Assembly (NCBI GenBank): GCA_016839555.1
Contig: JAEOUA010000001.1
Location: forward strand, 160,001 to 224,000
Length of the DNA: 64,000 nt
Reading direction: 5' to 3'
Source: Promethearchaeota archaeon
GTDB lineage: Archaea; Asgardarchaeota; Lokiarchaeia; Sigyniarchaeales; SOKP01
The translations under genes and the position numbers were made by a program. The notes beneath the pieces were generated by a model. It saw only the letters and a list, made by a program, of their open reading frames with translations, searched no databases and was not told the DNA's origin. This document shows, piece after piece, positions 28,044 through 38,477 of the stretch (the first letter of the stretch is position 1; the number at the start of each line of letters is the position of its first letter).

Positions 28044-30806
28044 CTAATTCTCTTTTGTTAAATTTAATTCTTCTCTCAATTCCATCAGCTTTTTTTTTGT
28101 TTTTTCATCATCCGGCTTCTTCATTAATCTTTTCTGATAAAATAGGATATTTTCATATTTATATTCTAATTTATTGAATAATTGCACCCATAGATTAAAT
28201 CCCTCCATTAAATCTATTATATCCTCATCCTCAGCGAATATTTTTATATCTTCTCTTATTGCTTCCTTTAAATAAGGAGAAGACCTGAATTTTTTCATGG
28301 ATATACCCTGTTTTTTTATTAATTCTTCATTTACTCTATTAATGAATGCTTCTAGTTCATTCTTCCAATATATATCTCTTTTATTAATTTTGTGAATCGT
28401 ATCTTCAATCCATTTTACTTCTTTAGCCGAGATGGTAGATTTTTTTATTAAAATTTTTTTAATTTTTTGAAATTCAGAATTAAATTTTTCAATATAATTA
28501 TAAACTCGTCTGTTAAACTCGTGAAAACTAGCATTATAATCATTTGCGAAAACTATTTCTTCATTCGTAAAAGTTAATGTTTTTTCATCAAATTGTCCTT
28601 TTAATTTTCCAGCTTCGTAAAGATGATAAAAAATTTCTTTAAGAAGACTAATGTCATTAGGGGATAATTCTTTTTCATAAAAAAAATCATATAAGGAAAA
28701 AATAAATATTTCAGATAACATTATATTTTTTATTCCTCGCTCTGTGTAAAACCGTATTTCATTCTCTACTTCGTAAAAAATCCCCTTTATTTTTTCAGAT
28801 TTTTGTAATTCTTCAATCAACTCTTTCATTAATTTCGAATTTACATCATAGTTGCCTAATGAAATGAAATCTTTAGCGGATGATTCCTTTTTGATAAATT
28901 GTTTTATTTTCTTTTTTGCATTCTCTATTTTTGATGGATTAAAGAGTAACACTTCTCCCTTTTTTAAATATGATACTCCTAAAGAATTAATAAACTCAAA
29001 AAAGGACTCATAATCCATACCTGTTTTTTCCATATATTTTGATATCTTTATTTTATCTTTCTTTTTAATTTCATTGGCTATAGAACTAACTTTTTCATCC
29101 AATTCATTTTTTAATGTATGCTCCTCAATATTTAGTTTAGTAGCTAATTGTTCAATTTTTTGAACTTTTTCTCGTGAGTCTCTCATCTGATCAATTTTTT
29201 CAAGCTCAGATTTTATATATTTTGAATAATAAAATTTATCTTTAGATATATTCCAAATTCCAGTTCTTTCATCTATATATGTAGAGAATATATCTTTTAA
29301 CAATAATTCACTTAGCTGTAATTTTTTTGAGATTTTTTTTATATCAAAATATCCGATAATTTTTGAGTTATGCAGCTCTTGCTCGAATTTAATTTTTCCA
29401 ATATTGGTTAACCAACTAGTACCCTTATGAAATTTCGTTAAATATTCATTTGGCAAAAGTCGTACCAATTTTAAAAAGGATGGTGTTGTTAATTTCCCCC
29501 GATATTTTTTTAAATCAATACTGGCTTCCCTAGTAGCAATCTCGGAAATTTCTTGCTTAATGTTGGGCAAATTATAAAAAATCTCCTTCTTTTTTCCAAC
29601 CAATAAGAGATTTTCTTCATTTTCTACAAGTTCTTTTATACATTTATGAATATACTTTAGGGGAAGATAATTATAATCTTTTATAGATATTGTTCCTTTT
29701 TCCTTCAGATCACCTAATAAGGTCGAATAAATAAATTTAAAAGGATAGAAATAGAAATCTGAAAAATATCCTTGAATATGTCCTAATCTTAATAAGGTTT
29801 CAATAAATAAGGCAATATCTGGAGATTCTAAAACATTCGAAAAAATTTTTAATATTTCTTCATGGGAAATCTTTCTATTTTGTTCAAAAAAATCTAATAC
29901 TTTATCCCTTTCTAACTCATAGAAATATATTTTATTAGTTTTTTGATTATTAGTATAAAAGTAAAGTTCCTTCTCTTTTAAACTTGAATTTTTAAAGTCC
30001 TTTAAATATTCTTTAAAGGTTATATTATTTTCTTTTCTAATTTCAGTAAAATCGTACCTTTTCATAATGAATACATTTTGTAATGTCTCTATTAAATTAT
30101 CCTTTTCTTGCTCCTTATTATTGGTTAAGTGTACTTTTATCTCAGGGAATAGCGTCTGGAGTAGTGAAAGTAAACCTAATTTTAGTTTATCCATTTTGTT
30201 ATTCTCTATTGATTTGAGTATTTGAACTGAATAAGCTCTTATAGAATAAAGCTGTCTAAAATTGTAATTATTGCACTGACTAAGGAAATTAATGATTGAT
30301 AAGATATTATCAGTATTTTCATCTTTAATTTCGATTCCTAGAGCATCTAATAAAGTGTTTTTATTATTACATATTGATCTAGGATTTTTCTTTACCATTC
30401 GATCTAAAAAAAAATAGCAATTGTCTCTTATATCTTTTTTATTGGTTAATAATAATTTAGCAAATATATCATAATAGTTTTGTTTTAAAAGTTTAGGGTG
30501 ATGTAAGAGATAAAATCCTAAAATTATAATTGAATTAACCTTTAATTTAATATTTTCTGAATTTATGAGTGATTCAATTTTCCCAATAAAAGAAGAATTG
30601 AGTATTTCAGGATAAATTTCAATCAATATACTTAAAATATAAGTAATTGGTACCTGCAGATTTTCATTTTTTTCCAAAAGAAGTTGAAACTCCTTTATTT
30701 TTGATGCAAGCTTTCCTTGTTTATCTTTTTCTATATACTTATTTATTTTTTTTACATAGGAAAGTAATTCTGGGAACTCTTGAAAATTTTCAACTTTAAA
30801 AGACAT
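28044..30806 (-). CDS. HEAT/ARM repeat + tandem winged-helix (PCI/UFL1-like) + coiled-coil protein
   Basis: HEAT-like LINSENIKLKVNSIIILG and LLLTNKKDIRDNCYFFL; repeated WH-like units (GHIQGYF, GYFDIKKISKKLQL, EKIKGIF, GKLKGQFDEKTLTF). Confidence 0.6.
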   Translation of the reverse strand: MSFKVENFQEFPELLSYVKKINKYIEKDKQGKLASKIKEFQLLLEKNENLQVPITYILSILIEIYPEILNSSFIGKIESLINSENIKLKVNSIIILGFYLLHHPKLLKQNYYDIFAKLLLTNKKDIRDNCYFFLDRMVKKNPRSICNNKNTLLDALGIEIKDENTDNILSIINFLSQCNNYNFRQLYSIRAYSVQILKSIENNKMDKLKLGLLSLLQTLFPEIKVHLTNNKEQEKDNLIETLQNVFIMKRYDFTEIRKENNITFKEYLKDFKNSSLKEKELYFYTNNQKTNKIYFYELERDKVLDFFEQNRKISHEEILKIFSNVLESPDIALFIETLLRLGHIQGYFSDFYFYPFKFIYSTLLGDLKEKGTISIKDYNYLPLKYIHKCIKELVENEENLLLVGKKKEIFYNLPNIKQEISEIATREASIDLKKYRGKLTTPSFLKLVRLLPNEYLTKFHKGTSWLTNIGKIKFEQELHNSKIIGYFDIKKISKKLQLSELLLKDIFSTYIDERTGIWNISKDKFYYSKYIKSELEKIDQMRDSREKVQKIEQLATKLNIEEHTLKNELDEKVSSIANEIKKKDKIKISKYMEKTGMDYESFFEFINSLGVSYLKKGEVLLFNPSKIENAKKKIKQFIKKESSAKDFISLGNYDVNSKLMKELIEELQKSEKIKGIFYEVENEIRFYTERGIKNIMLSEIFIFSLYDFFYEKELSPNDISLLKEIFYHLYEAGKLKGQFDEKTLTFTNEEIVFANDYNASFHEFNRRVYNYIEKFNSEFQKIKKILIKKSTISAKEVKWIEDTIHKINKRDIYWKNELEAFINRVNEELIKKQGISMKKFRSSPYLKEAIREDIKIFAEDEDIIDLMEGFNLWVQLFNKLEYKYENILFYQKRLMKKPDDEKTKKKLMELREELNLTKEN

Positions 30807-30997
30807 ATTATCTTTAATGATATAACCTTTCTACTATAATTCTTTCTGAGGTTTTACTCTACTTTCAATAATCCTTTTTATAATAAGTTTTTTACGATTT
30901 AATTTTGAAAATTAGAAATTTAATTTAATAAGTTGGATAAATAAGAATTGAAAAAAATAATAATAAAAAAAGAAGGTACTAAAAATTTATTTTTTAT

Positions 30998-31660
30998 TTA
31001 ATCAACTTCATCGGCTTCTACAGATACATATGATAAGAGTGCGTCAAGTTCTTCGACTCTTTTGTTTATATTAAGAACGGTAGGCAATTGGATAACTTCT
31101 TCTCTCTTTCCTGGCATGAGAACTAGCGAACCGGCTCTCAGAAAAAGAAATTCAAATACATCAGGAATAGTCTTCTTAATTCTTAAAGCACTTACGGGAT
31201 AGCGCTCTGCTGAAGCGAAAATACCGGATTTATGGTACATTTCATTTCTCTCGATTTTCCAATAATTAAAGCGAGAATTCACGAATACAAAGAAAAGAGT
31301 AAACGCAAATACAATGCTCATTATTAAGTAAAATTGCCAAGTCAAACCAAAATTAAATGCTTCTACTGTAGACACTTGAATAGTTAATCGACCACTTACC
31401 CATAAGAAAATAACAACTAAGATTGCCACCACGATAATTAAAACTAAAAGGAAAAATTTCGTGGAAGAAAAATCAAATGCGATAACAAATAAATTAATAA
31501 AGAAAACCGATATCCAGAAATAACCTAGAAAAGCATTGGGGCCGTCTGGAAATGCAAATAATTGTATAAGCCATAGAACGAAAGAAGTTAATGCTAAAGG
31601 GTAAAAGAAAATTACCTTTGGGTAGTTCCTTATGATTATTTCTTCTTTAGATTGAGACAT
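30998..31660 (-). CDS. Four-TM membrane protein with soluble C-terminal (bPH-like) domain
   Basis: Four hydrophobic helices followed by YWKIERNEMYHKSGIF..ERYP...GSLVL. Confidence 0.7.
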   Translation of the reverse strand: MSQSKEEIIIRNYPKVIFFYPLALTSFVLWLIQLFAFPDGPNAFLGYFWISVFFINLFVIAFDFSSTKFFLLVLIIVVAILVVIFLWVSGRLTIQVSTVEAFNFGLTWQFYLIMSIVFAFTLFFVFVNSRFNYWKIERNEMYHKSGIFASAERYPVSALRIKKTIPDVFEFLFLRAGSLVLMPGKREEVIQLPTVLNINKRVEELDALLSYVSVEADEVD

Positions 31661-31806
31661 TTTTATTTCACTTTTATGATTATTTTGTAAATTTATTATT
31701 AATATTGGTTAATTATTAATTAATGCTGTTTTTTATTTAAAAATTATTTTCTCTAAAATATTTAGAGGATATCGTAAATTTTTAAGGTAGTCAAAAAGCA
31801 GAATAT

Positions 31807-32553
31807 TTAAAAATAGGAACTTATTGATTTAACCATTCGAGTGGAATATTCTATTTCCCTATTTCCTTCATTACTAATCCCCATATGGCCTGGTAAAAGG
31901 TACTTCACATCTAAGGTATTAACAAATTCGATTGATTTCGTCAATTTTTTAAGAGACCCATCGGGAAAATCATATCTCCCGAAACTTCCACCAATAAAAA
32001 CTAAATCTCCTGGGATTAAAATCTTTTTGTTAGGTTCATAATAAACGATGGACCCTTCAGAATGCCCGGGGGTATGAAAAATCTGAAATTTAAAGTTTGA
32101 AGCAATGTTAACGGTGTCAGAAGGAGTTAATTCAATCACATTAAGAGGTTTAATATCCACACCAAACATTTCTGGGGTAATACCTAAATTACCCGGAAAA
32201 ATCTTATTTCTTTTTCCTTCTTGTAAAATCTTTGCCGTTACAGTATAAGCAAAAATCTCAGGAGGGTCATTTTTCAATATTTCCATTAATGGATATAACC
32301 CAAGCACATGGTCTATATGCTCATGAGTTAAATATATTTTTGTGATATTTTCATAGGAAAATCCTAATTTTTTCATCCCTTCAAATAAACTATTAAGAGA
32401 TTTACCGTTTCCTGCATCAAAGAGAATTAATTCATCATTTTGCGTATCGTGCATTAAATATTGATTACAATCTAACATTTGATTTTCTGAAAAATAATAT
32501 AAATCCTTAGTGACTTCTTTACCAGTTTTAGTTGATTGTCCAATGAAAAACAT
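31807..32553 (-). CDS. Metallo-beta-lactamase fold hydrolase (glyoxalase II-like)
   Basis: THEHIDH, HTPGHS, GDLVF..GRYD, PGH. Confidence 0.92.
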   Translation of the reverse strand: MFFIGQSTKTGKEVTKDLYYFSENQMLDCNQYLMHDTQNDELILFDAGNGKSLNSLFEGMKKLGFSYENITKIYLTHEHIDHVLGLYPLMEILKNDPPEIFAYTVTAKILQEGKRNKIFPGNLGITPEMFGVDIKPLNVIELTPSDTVNIASNFKFQIFHTPGHSEGSIVYYEPNKKILIPGDLVFIGGSFGRYDFPDGSLKKLTKSIEFVNTLDVKYLLPGHMGISNEGNREIEYSTRMVKSISSYF

Positions 32554-32623
32554 GTTTGATTTTAAGACCCATACATTTACAATAAATATTAATAATGTAA
32601 AAGTGTATTCATTTTAATTTTTT

Positions 32624-32642
32624 ATCGTTATATATTATATAA
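32624..32642. promoter_or_regulatory. Possible ModE-box-like palindrome or TATA element upstream of the ModE-like gene
   Basis: ATCGTTATATATTATATAA resembles a ModE operator half-site (CGTTATATA) and is near-palindromic. Confidence 0.3.
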
Positions 32643-32673
32643 TTATAAATAATACTACAATATTTTACATTAT

Positions 32674-33039
32674 ATGAAGAATTTTCATGAAATCGAGAAT
32701 CAGAAGAAAAAGATTGGCTATGGGGTAAAAATTTGGCTTACATTTGAAGGAAAAAGTGTTTTAGGCGCTGGATGGGCGAAATTATTGGAAATAATTGATA
32801 AAGAAGAAATAGGTTCTCTAACGCAGGCCGCTAAGGAATGTAATTATTCATATAAGTATGCATGGAATATATTGAAAAGAATTGAGGAGAGGACAAATAT
32901 TCCCCCCGCAATAACAAGTAAAGGCGGAAAAGGAGGTGGGGGATGGGTAAAACTTTCAGATTGGGGACTTTTACTATTACATAAATATAAAACACTAGCC
33001 CAAGAAATAGAAACCTTAAAAAAGCGATTATCAATTTAA
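32674..33039 (+). CDS. ModE N-terminal-type winged HTH regulator (no molybdate-binding domain)
   Basis: KIWL, LG.G..LL..I, GSLTQAAKECNYSYKYAW, KGGKGGG. Confidence 0.88.
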   Translation: MKNFHEIENQKKKIGYGVKIWLTFEGKSVLGAGWAKLLEIIDKEEIGSLTQAAKECNYSYKYAWNILKRIEERTNIPPAITSKGGKGGGGWVKLSDWGLLLLHKYKTLAQEIETLKKRLSI

Positions 33040-33229
33040 AAAACGAAAGTTAAATAGGAACAATACATAATGTTTTTTAGATCTAAAAAAGAGCAACTGC
33101 TAATAATAAATAATATAAAGCAATAATATAGTGGTTAAGGTAAAATAATATTTAATTAAAATAATTCTTATTATTATTATATTATTTAATGACTTTACTA
33201 ATAATTACAAATTATAAGGATTCATATAA

Positions 33230-34732
33230 ATGTCAAAACCTCCCCAAGGCGCTCCGATAATTCTGGATATTGGTTCAGGATATGTAAAGGCAGGATTTGC
33301 TGGTGAACCAAATCCAAGTCATATCTTTCCTTGTATCACAGGAAAGAGAAAATATAAATCGGTGATGGTCGACGCTGGAACGCAAATGCATGATATATAT
33401 GTAGGTGATGCGGCTATGAAACTAAGAGGTGTTTTAAACCTAAATCATCCAATTCAGAGAGGCATAATAACTAGTTGGGAGGATTATTATGAGATCCTTA
33501 ATCATGTATTTTATACCCTTTTAAGGATTGAGAACCCACAAAATCATCCTATTATATATGTAGAATCCGTGTCCGAACAAAAAGATATTCGAGAATATAT
33601 AGCAAGAGTTCTATTCGAAACCCATCAATTCCATAGCATAATTATGATTCCGAGTCCCCTCCTTTCTTGTTTTTCCGTGGGATTAACCACAGCTCTTGTG
33701 ATTGAGAGTGGAGTTGGGATTACATGGATAGTACCTATCATAAATGGGCAAATAATATATAGAGCGATTCAGAGGTTGGAGCTTGCGGGGATTGATATAA
33801 ATCATAATTTAGAATTACTTCTCATGCGTGAGGGAATAAGTTTAAGCTCCTCAGCATCAAGTGAAATTTTAAGACAAATAAAAGAAGAAAATTGCTATTT
33901 CGCATTGGATCCAGATAATCCTAATAAAACGATTGAAAAAGTAAAATATCCCTTACCAGATGGATCAATGATGGAAATCGCTCCACATATCTTATATCAA
34001 GCACCAGAAGTGATATTTGACCCTTCTATGATCGGTTCAAATTCACCAAATTTACCCGAAGCTATAATAAAATGTTTGAATTCGATAGATAAATCTTATT
34101 GGGGAGATTTATTAACACATATCATATTGTCAGGCGGTAATTTTCTTCAAAATGGATTTAAGGAAAGATTAGAATTGGAATTAAATTCTCAGATCTCTCA
34201 ATATGGACCTATACCTAAACCTCACAAAATTGAAACAGAAAGACAAGTGAAGACTCTTCAACCAGTGAAAAGCACTAAAAAGTTTCATGATACCTGTCCA
34301 AAATGTGGAAGGATTGTAGATCTCTCAGATGGAAAAATAGAATGTCCTGAATGCGGAGCTTCTCTGCAAATCACTCAAATCGATATTGAAATTAAAAATT
34401 TAGCCCCATTAAAGTGTCCTTTATGTAATAAGGAAATAGATGATAAAACATCACTTTTTTGCCCATATTGTGGACATAAACTAGCAAAAGATAGACCAGA
34501 AGTGCTCTCATCATCTGATAAAGTTCCAGAAATTCTTGAATATTTTGAATCCTCTTCAAAAATATTACATTTTTTCTTACCAGATAATTTACAAACAGCT
34601 ATTTTTAAGGGTGCTTCAATTTTAGGCAGTTTGCCTTCCTTCGATCAAATTTTTATTACTCACGCACAATATCAACAGAATAGAGAAATATTATCACGGG
34701 ATATCAGCGAAATATTTTCTTTACATTTTTAA
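33230..34732 (+). CDS. Actin-related protein with inserted tandem zinc ribbons
   Basis: ILDIGSGYVKAGFAG, YVGD.A, HPIQRG, LFET, IESGVG, LAG.D, IKEENCY, LPDG, PEVIF.P, IILSGG, GASILGSL; insert with CPKC/CPEC/CPLC/CPYC. Confidence 0.93.
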   Translation: MSKPPQGAPIILDIGSGYVKAGFAGEPNPSHIFPCITGKRKYKSVMVDAGTQMHDIYVGDAAMKLRGVLNLNHPIQRGIITSWEDYYEILNHVFYTLLRIENPQNHPIIYVESVSEQKDIREYIARVLFETHQFHSIIMIPSPLLSCFSVGLTTALVIESGVGITWIVPIINGQIIYRAIQRLELAGIDINHNLELLLMREGISLSSSASSEILRQIKEENCYFALDPDNPNKTIEKVKYPLPDGSMMEIAPHILYQAPEVIFDPSMIGSNSPNLPEAIIKCLNSIDKSYWGDLLTHIILSGGNFLQNGFKERLELELNSQISQYGPIPKPHKIETERQVKTLQPVKSTKKFHDTCPKCGRIVDLSDGKIECPECGASLQITQIDIEIKNLAPLKCPLCNKEIDDKTSLFCPYCGHKLAKDRPEVLSSSDKVPEILEYFESSSKILHFFLPDNLQTAIFKGASILGSLPSFDQIFITHAQYQQNREILSRDISEIFSLHF

Positions 34733-34961
34733 TATATTCTCAATAAATTTTATAAATATATGCCAATTGCAGATTTATCCCATAAACATTCTATAATATA
34801 CTTTTAAATATATAAATATAATGGGTTTAATCTTCATTCAAAGTTATCCTATAAAATTCTATTTCAATCATAATAATATATTCAAACTTTGCTTGAATAC
34901 TTTACTAAGTTTTAATTCTAATGTTTTTATATTTTTAAACTTCGAAATATAATATTATAAT

Positions 34962-36353
34962 ATGTCTCGAAAAAAATCTGATGAAATTGGTTTAGAGACT
35001 ACTTTTGGAACACGTGTTGCTTATGCGAATGGAACTTTGGCAGACAATCTTTCTTTGCAGAATTTTTTATTTCTTGGATTCACATTCTATTATACAGTTA
35101 TCGGACTTAATGTTGTTTGGTACGCTCTGGCATTCATTATTTATTCAATCTGGGATGCCATCGATGATCCTATAATTGGGGTGTTATCAGATCGAACTAA
35201 AACAAAATGGGGAAGAAGAAAACCGTGGATTTATCTTTCAGCAATCCCGCTTTGCATATTGATGGTATTAATTTGGACACCACCAACCCTGAATGAATTC
35301 TTTACATTCTTATATTTAACCATAATTCTAATAGTGTTTGATTTAATATTTACAACCTACACAGTAAATTTCAATGGTTTATGGCCTGAAATGTTTCTTA
35401 CAGTAGAAGATAGAAGTTCACTGGGGATTTGGAGAAGCATTTTCACCATTTTAGGAGTTGGACTCGCATTTTTACTCCCCGAAATTGTGATTGGAGATCT
35501 TGTAGCTGCAGATCCTGGAGGATATGTAATAAATGGAATTATTGCAGCAATAATAGTAGGTGCAACAATTGCAATCATGATAAAGTTTGGATGTTTTGAA
35601 AGGAAAGAATTTTCTAAGGATGTGGAAGGTGCTCCAAGTTGGAAAGAATCGTATAGAATAACTTTTAAAAATAAGGCATTTATGATATACTGTGTTATAG
35701 CACTTGCTATCTTTATTGTTTATGGTATCCTTCCCACCGTTCTCCCGCTCTATGCTAAACATATACTTGGTTCAGAGGATCCTGGTTTAATTCTCCTTAT
35801 TGGTTTATTGGTTTCCGCAGCCTCAACACCCTTATGGATGTATTTAAGAAAGAAATTAGGGGTAAGGATATCTTATATAATTTCAGCGTCGTTCTGGGCT
35901 GCATCGTTATTATTATACCTTTTAGCTTTTAATGAATTAACAGGTTATATCTTCATCATTTTTATCGGCATCGGTTTAGGAGGCTCTCTCTATATTTACG
36001 ATCAAGGTATAGCAGAATTAATTGATGACGATGAACTTCGTTCTGGGATTAGTGTTAGAAGAGAAGGTGCTTATTACGGGGTAGTTGCATTATTTAATAG
36101 ATTATCTGGAGCAATTAATTTGATTGTCCTTTCTATTGTGTTTGCAGGTGCAGGCTGGGGGGATTATGAGCTTGCGGATCCTGCTCAGGCGCCTATTATT
36201 CTCCCAATAGTTCAGATTTTCTGGCCAGTCTTCATATTAATAATAGCCGTGATTCTTTTATATTTCTATCCATTAACCAAAGAGAGAGTTGAAGAAAATG
36301 AAAGATTGAAGAAGCAATTACATGATAAAAAAAGAAAAGAAGTTTCTATATAA
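34962..36353 (+). CDS. MFS transporter, glycoside-pentoside-hexuronide (MelB-like) family
   Basis: WDAIDDPIIGVLSDRTKTKWGRRKPW, RREGAYYG, about 12 TM. Confidence 0.92.
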   Translation: MSRKKSDEIGLETTFGTRVAYANGTLADNLSLQNFLFLGFTFYYTVIGLNVVWYALAFIIYSIWDAIDDPIIGVLSDRTKTKWGRRKPWIYLSAIPLCILMVLIWTPPTLNEFFTFLYLTIILIVFDLIFTTYTVNFNGLWPEMFLTVEDRSSLGIWRSIFTILGVGLAFLLPEIVIGDLVAADPGGYVINGIIAAIIVGATIAIMIKFGCFERKEFSKDVEGAPSWKESYRITFKNKAFMIYCVIALAIFIVYGILPTVLPLYAKHILGSEDPGLILLIGLLVSAASTPLWMYLRKKLGVRISYIISASFWAASLLLYLLAFNELTGYIFIIFIGIGLGGSLYIYDQGIAELIDDDELRSGISVRREGAYYGVVALFNRLSGAINLIVLSIVFAGAGWGDYELADPAQAPIILPIVQIFWPVFILIIAVILLYFYPLTKERVEENERLKKQLHDKKRKEVSI

Positions 36354-36462
36354 TAATAACTAATTTTTTTTCAATTTTTATTCTATTTAATAGATTTTAT
36401 AGATTTTAGAACTAAGAAATTTAGAAAAATAAAATGAAAAATGATGATAGAGTGAGTAATGA

Positions 36463-38433
36463 ATGAGATTAAAATGTGGAGCAGCAAAAGCAAAAATCAA
36501 TCCTCCTGAAGAGGTAGGAGATACTTATATTGCGGGATATCTAACTATGATGGCTCCAAAAATAAAAGATATCCATGATTCCCTTTTTGCTCGAGTGATT
36601 GTTTTATCCGAAGGAAATAATAAAATTGCATTAGTTTCATTAGAACTCATTGGTCTGTTTGCGGATGTTATTGAAAAAGTGAAAGATAGATTATCTGCAT
36701 ATGGTTTTCCGTATAAAAATGTGTACATCTTCTCAACTCATACCCATGCTGGACCAGATACAATGGGTTTATGGGGGCCAATAATAGGAAAATCTGGAAT
36801 TAATAAGAAATATATGATATTTCTTATAGATACTATTATTCAATTAGTTCTGGAAGCAGAGAAGAAGTTGGAGGAAGTTGATGTATATTTCTCAAAATCT
36901 GAACTGCCAGAATTAATTGAGAATTATCGAATAAATGCAATGGTGAATGGAAGTCTTAAATTTGTAAAATTTCTTTCAAATGATAAATTAATTGCGAGTC
37001 TTTGGTCTTATACTGCTCAACCCGAAATTACAACACGAGAAAATCTTTCCATCTCAGGAGATTATCCAGGGTTAGTTTCAAGAATGATTGAAGAAAATTA
37101 TGGAGGAACATCATTATTTGCCCTAGGATTATGTGGTGCTCAGTCTCCAATCTATTGTGAACAAGGATATGATAAGATGGAAATTTTTGCTAAGGAAATA
37201 TTTTCTAAAATCAAATTAATTTACGATAATCATAAGAAAATCAATATATCACCTATAGAGATACGATTTAGAAAAATTAAATTAAAATTAGAAAACCCCG
37301 ACTTCCAATTATTATATACCTTAGGAATTTTCGATAGAGAGTATGAAAATGAAAAAATTGTAAGTTCTGTCAGTAAAGTTAGAATAGGCGATCTTGATTT
37401 AATTAATATCCCAGGAGAACCGTTTCCAGATCTTCTTTCAGATATCTTAAATAAGCAAAAAGATATAGAAACTATTATTTTTAGTAATTCCAATGATTCA
37501 TTAGGTTATTTTATTCCTTTAAATCGATGGTCTTTAAAACCTCAAGTGTGGGTTGATTATATAGAAAATGGCAAATTCATTGGCCATGAAACAGAGTCAA
37601 TTGGTGTAGAAGCGGGACAAATTATTAGGAAGACTATAAAAGATTTATTTATCTATAAAACTGTATTAGCTATTGGCCCTCATGCTGATGATTTAACCAT
37701 TTGGGCAGGAGGGACTTTAAAAAAATTATCATCAGAGGGAAATGAATTAATTTGTATAAGAATTACCGATGATTACGCCGATTGTGTGGGATTAACCAAG
37801 GAAAAAGGGATAAAAAGAAACAGAAAAGAAGTCGAAAAAGCATATAGGACTTTAGGAGCAAAGGAAATTATCCATCTTGACTATCCAACAGATACATTAT
37901 CAACAGCAGATTATCATGAATTAAGAGGTAAATTAGTACGCTTAATGAGAAAATACAAACCGAATCTAGTCGTGTCTTTCGATTTGAATGGAACTGATGA
38001 GGAAAATATGGATCATATAATTACCGCTCGAGCTGTTAATGAAGCTTGTTGGCAAAGTTCTTTTGATCTATTCTATACTGAACATTTTGAAGAGGGATTA
38101 GAAATTCATACAGTTGGAGAACGATATTTATTTGCCAGAAATCCAACAGTGTTAAATTTCTATGTTGATATTTCAGATTATATCGAAGACAAAATAAATG
38201 CTATCAATCATCAAAAAACTGTAATGGAGAATTGGTTTCACCAGAATAAATTATTAGCAAGAGCGAATAATTTATATGTTGAGTTATTGGAAGAAGATGT
38301 ACCAAATGCTATCAGAGTGACTTTACTTGTCAAATTAGTGTATGGAGAGATGGGAGAAAAGTATGGTGTGAAATATGCCGAAGAATTTAATAGAATTGAT
38401 GCAGGAATGCTAAAAGATTTAGCAGAGGAATAA
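36463..38433 (+). CDS. Neutral ceramidase-like amidohydrolase fused to PIG-L/LmbE deacetylase
   Basis: N-half: IHD.L.AR, STHTHAGPD, ISGDYPG, PGEPF, LGYF; C-half: AIGPHADD, DH, K..A...H. Confidence 0.8.
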   Translation: MRLKCGAAKAKINPPEEVGDTYIAGYLTMMAPKIKDIHDSLFARVIVLSEGNNKIALVSLELIGLFADVIEKVKDRLSAYGFPYKNVYIFSTHTHAGPDTMGLWGPIIGKSGINKKYMIFLIDTIIQLVLEAEKKLEEVDVYFSKSELPELIENYRINAMVNGSLKFVKFLSNDKLIASLWSYTAQPEITTRENLSISGDYPGLVSRMIEENYGGTSLFALGLCGAQSPIYCEQGYDKMEIFAKEIFSKIKLIYDNHKKINISPIEIRFRKIKLKLENPDFQLLYTLGIFDREYENEKIVSSVSKVRIGDLDLINIPGEPFPDLLSDILNKQKDIETIIFSNSNDSLGYFIPLNRWSLKPQVWVDYIENGKFIGHETESIGVEAGQIIRKTIKDLFIYKTVLAIGPHADDLTIWAGGTLKKLSSEGNELICIRITDDYADCVGLTKEKGIKRNRKEVEKAYRTLGAKEIIHLDYPTDTLSTADYHELRGKLVRLMRKYKPNLVVSFDLNGTDEENMDHIITARAVNEACWQSSFDLFYTEHFEEGLEIHTVGERYLFARNPTVLNFYVDISDYIEDKINAINHQKTVMENWFHQNKLLARANNLYVELLEEDVPNAIRVTLLVKLVYGEMGEKYGVKYAEEFNRIDAGMLKDLAEE

Positions 38434-38477
38434 TATCAGAACTATATATATAAAATTTTTATTTATTTTTTTTATTA

